NCBI GenBank assembly: GCA_043814055.1
Contig: JBDRKL010000013.1
Coordinates: 1-47,655 of the forward strand
DNA length: 47,655 nt
DNA from: an archaeon
GTDB taxonomy: Archaea > Undinarchaeota > Undinarchaeia > Undinarchaeales > JBDRKL01
Direction: 5' to 3'
The notes beneath the pieces were generated by a model. The model had not been told where the DNA came from. It saw only the letters and a program-made list of their open reading frames with translations, and did not search any database. This document shows positions 46,555 to 47,655 of this stretch, piece by piece. Position 1 is the stretch's first letter, and every line of letters starts with the position of its first letter. A program made the translations under genes and the position numbers.

Positions 46555-47415
46555 TCAAACTGTAACCTCTTTTTCCCCTTCTAGCGAGGCAGTACCGCCA
46601 ACTTGGACTTCTTGGATGGTCTTCCCTTTTGTCTTTAATCTCACTCTAATCTCTGACGGCTTATTCATCGTGTATCCCTGCTCAAAAATAAGATTTTTAT
46701 AATCCACAGCCACTTTGTGCTTGTAAAGATAACATCCTAAAATCCCGCTTGAAGTGCCTGTTGCGGACTCTTCTGGTATTCCATAAAGCGGAGCAAAGTT
46801 CCTGCAGTGTGCAGTTGAGTTATTTTTGGTTTCAAGTGTAAAAACGTGCAGCCCCATCACATCATACTTCTTACTAAGTTCAGTTATTCTCTTAAAATCT
46901 GGTTCAAACATTTCTAAAGATTTAATATCCTTGATTGGCACTATTATATCTCGCAACCCAGCTGAAACAATCTGGCTAGGCAGCTCTGCACTAAGTTGCT
47001 CTTCATCCAAATTCAAACAATCAGCAATCTCTTTCTTGTTTATTTCTTCAAAAAATTTGGGCAGGGCCAAATCCATAAACACCAAATCTTTTTTAATTTC
47101 TATTCCCAAAACACCAGCTCTTGTTTCCTGTTTGTATTTTCCTGGCTTTGCTAATCCTTTCTTCGCCAACAATGAATAAGTTGCAATGGTCGCATGTCCA
47201 CAAATATCAATTTCCTTTGCCGGCGTAAAAAATCTAACTTTAAAATCTGCTTTATCCGATTTCTGAACAAACGCAGTCTCAGAAAATCCAACTTTCCTCG
47301 CAATAGATAACATCTCCGAATCAGAAAGCGAATCTGCATCCAGCACAACACCTGCTAGATTTCCGCCTCCTGCTGTTTTTGCAAAGGAATTCAAAAGATA
47401 TACTTTTATTTTCAT
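46555..47415 (-). CDS. PhzF family isomerase/epimerase
   Basis: GGNLAGVV, FSETAFV, RFFTP..EIDICGHAT, EESATGT, EQG; likely start ATG 47415. Confidence 0.92.
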   Translation of the reverse strand: MKIKVYLLNSFAKTAGGGNLAGVVLDADSLSDSEMLSIARKVGFSETAFVQKSDKADFKVRFFTPAKEIDICGHATIATYSLLAKKGLAKPGKYKQETRAGVLGIEIKKDLVFMDLALPKFFEEINKKEIADCLNLDEEQLSAELPSQIVSAGLRDIIVPIKDIKSLEMFEPDFKRITELSKKYDVMGLHVFTLETKNNSTAHCRNFAPLYGIPEESATGTSSGILGCYLYKHKVAVDYKNLIFEQGYTMNKPSEIRVRLKTKGKTIQEVQVGGTASLEGEKEVTV

Positions 47416-47426
47416 TTTTGAAAATA

Positions 47427-47655
47427 TGGTAGCGGGGGATGGACTCGGGAACGCAGAACCTAACGGTTCCGCACCTCCCAAGGTGGCTCTCCACTTTGTG
47501 AAGCCACTTTTGTGATTAGTAGCGGGGGATGGACTCGGGAACGCAGAACCTAACGGTTCCGCACCTCCCAAGGTGGCTCTCCACTTTGTGAAGCCACTTT
47601 TGTGATTAGTAGCGGGGGATGGACTCGGGAACGCAGAACCTAACGGTTCCGCACC
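47427..47655 (-). repeat. Perfect 90-bp tandem repeat (about 2.5 copies, runs off the window), each copy carrying an initiator tRNA-Met-like 3' end
   Basis: Units start at 47429, 47519, 47609; minus strand CGAGT-CCATC-CCCCGCT-A(CCA) followed by two hairpins. Confidence 0.88.

Noticed and set aside
46545-46575. gaggttacagtTTGAAATG junction resembling the leader-module end
   Set aside because: No complementary ATTTCAAA arm upstream; an ordinary stop-start coupling
47416-47571. N-terminal extension of the PhzF-family ORF in the ORF track
   Set aside because: It is a translation of the 90-bp repeat; the family-typical start is MKIKVYLL at 47415
47427-47655. CRISPR array
   Set aside because: Units are fully identical 90-mers with no unique spacers, and no cas genes are present

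Overview
Archaeal chromosomal segment (histones, RadB, Cdc48, archaeal DnaG, NAC, MC1, TATA/BRE-type promoters); the compact gene set suggests a DPANN-like lineage, which is inference only. It is mostly housekeeping: pyrimidine synthesis (pyrK, pyrD, pyrB, pyrI), the HMG-CoA synthase/thiolase/DUF35/HMG-CoA reductase cluster, polB, ppdK, tyrS, secDF, purA, dcd, three CBS proteins and an intron-containing tRNA-Pro(CGG). The unusual signal lies between genes. At least eight junctions carry short twin-hairpin modules, mostly 70-76 bp (also 90 and 151 bp periods). Most of them reiterate the adjacent functional terminus: a start codon with its SD, the last codons of a gene, a promoter, or a tRNA 3' end. 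Two modules encode 24-codon leader ORFs sharing FVCISKL, with a hairpin masking the next gene's start codon. On a larger scale, accessory genes (GNATs, a tandem-domain orphan, a HEAT-repeat protein) are stacked between reiterated, synonymously diverged 3' ends of secD and AMMECR1. The DUF167 gene upstream of dnaG sits inside a candidate ~430-nt structured RNA. No transposase, integrase or CRISPR array is visible.
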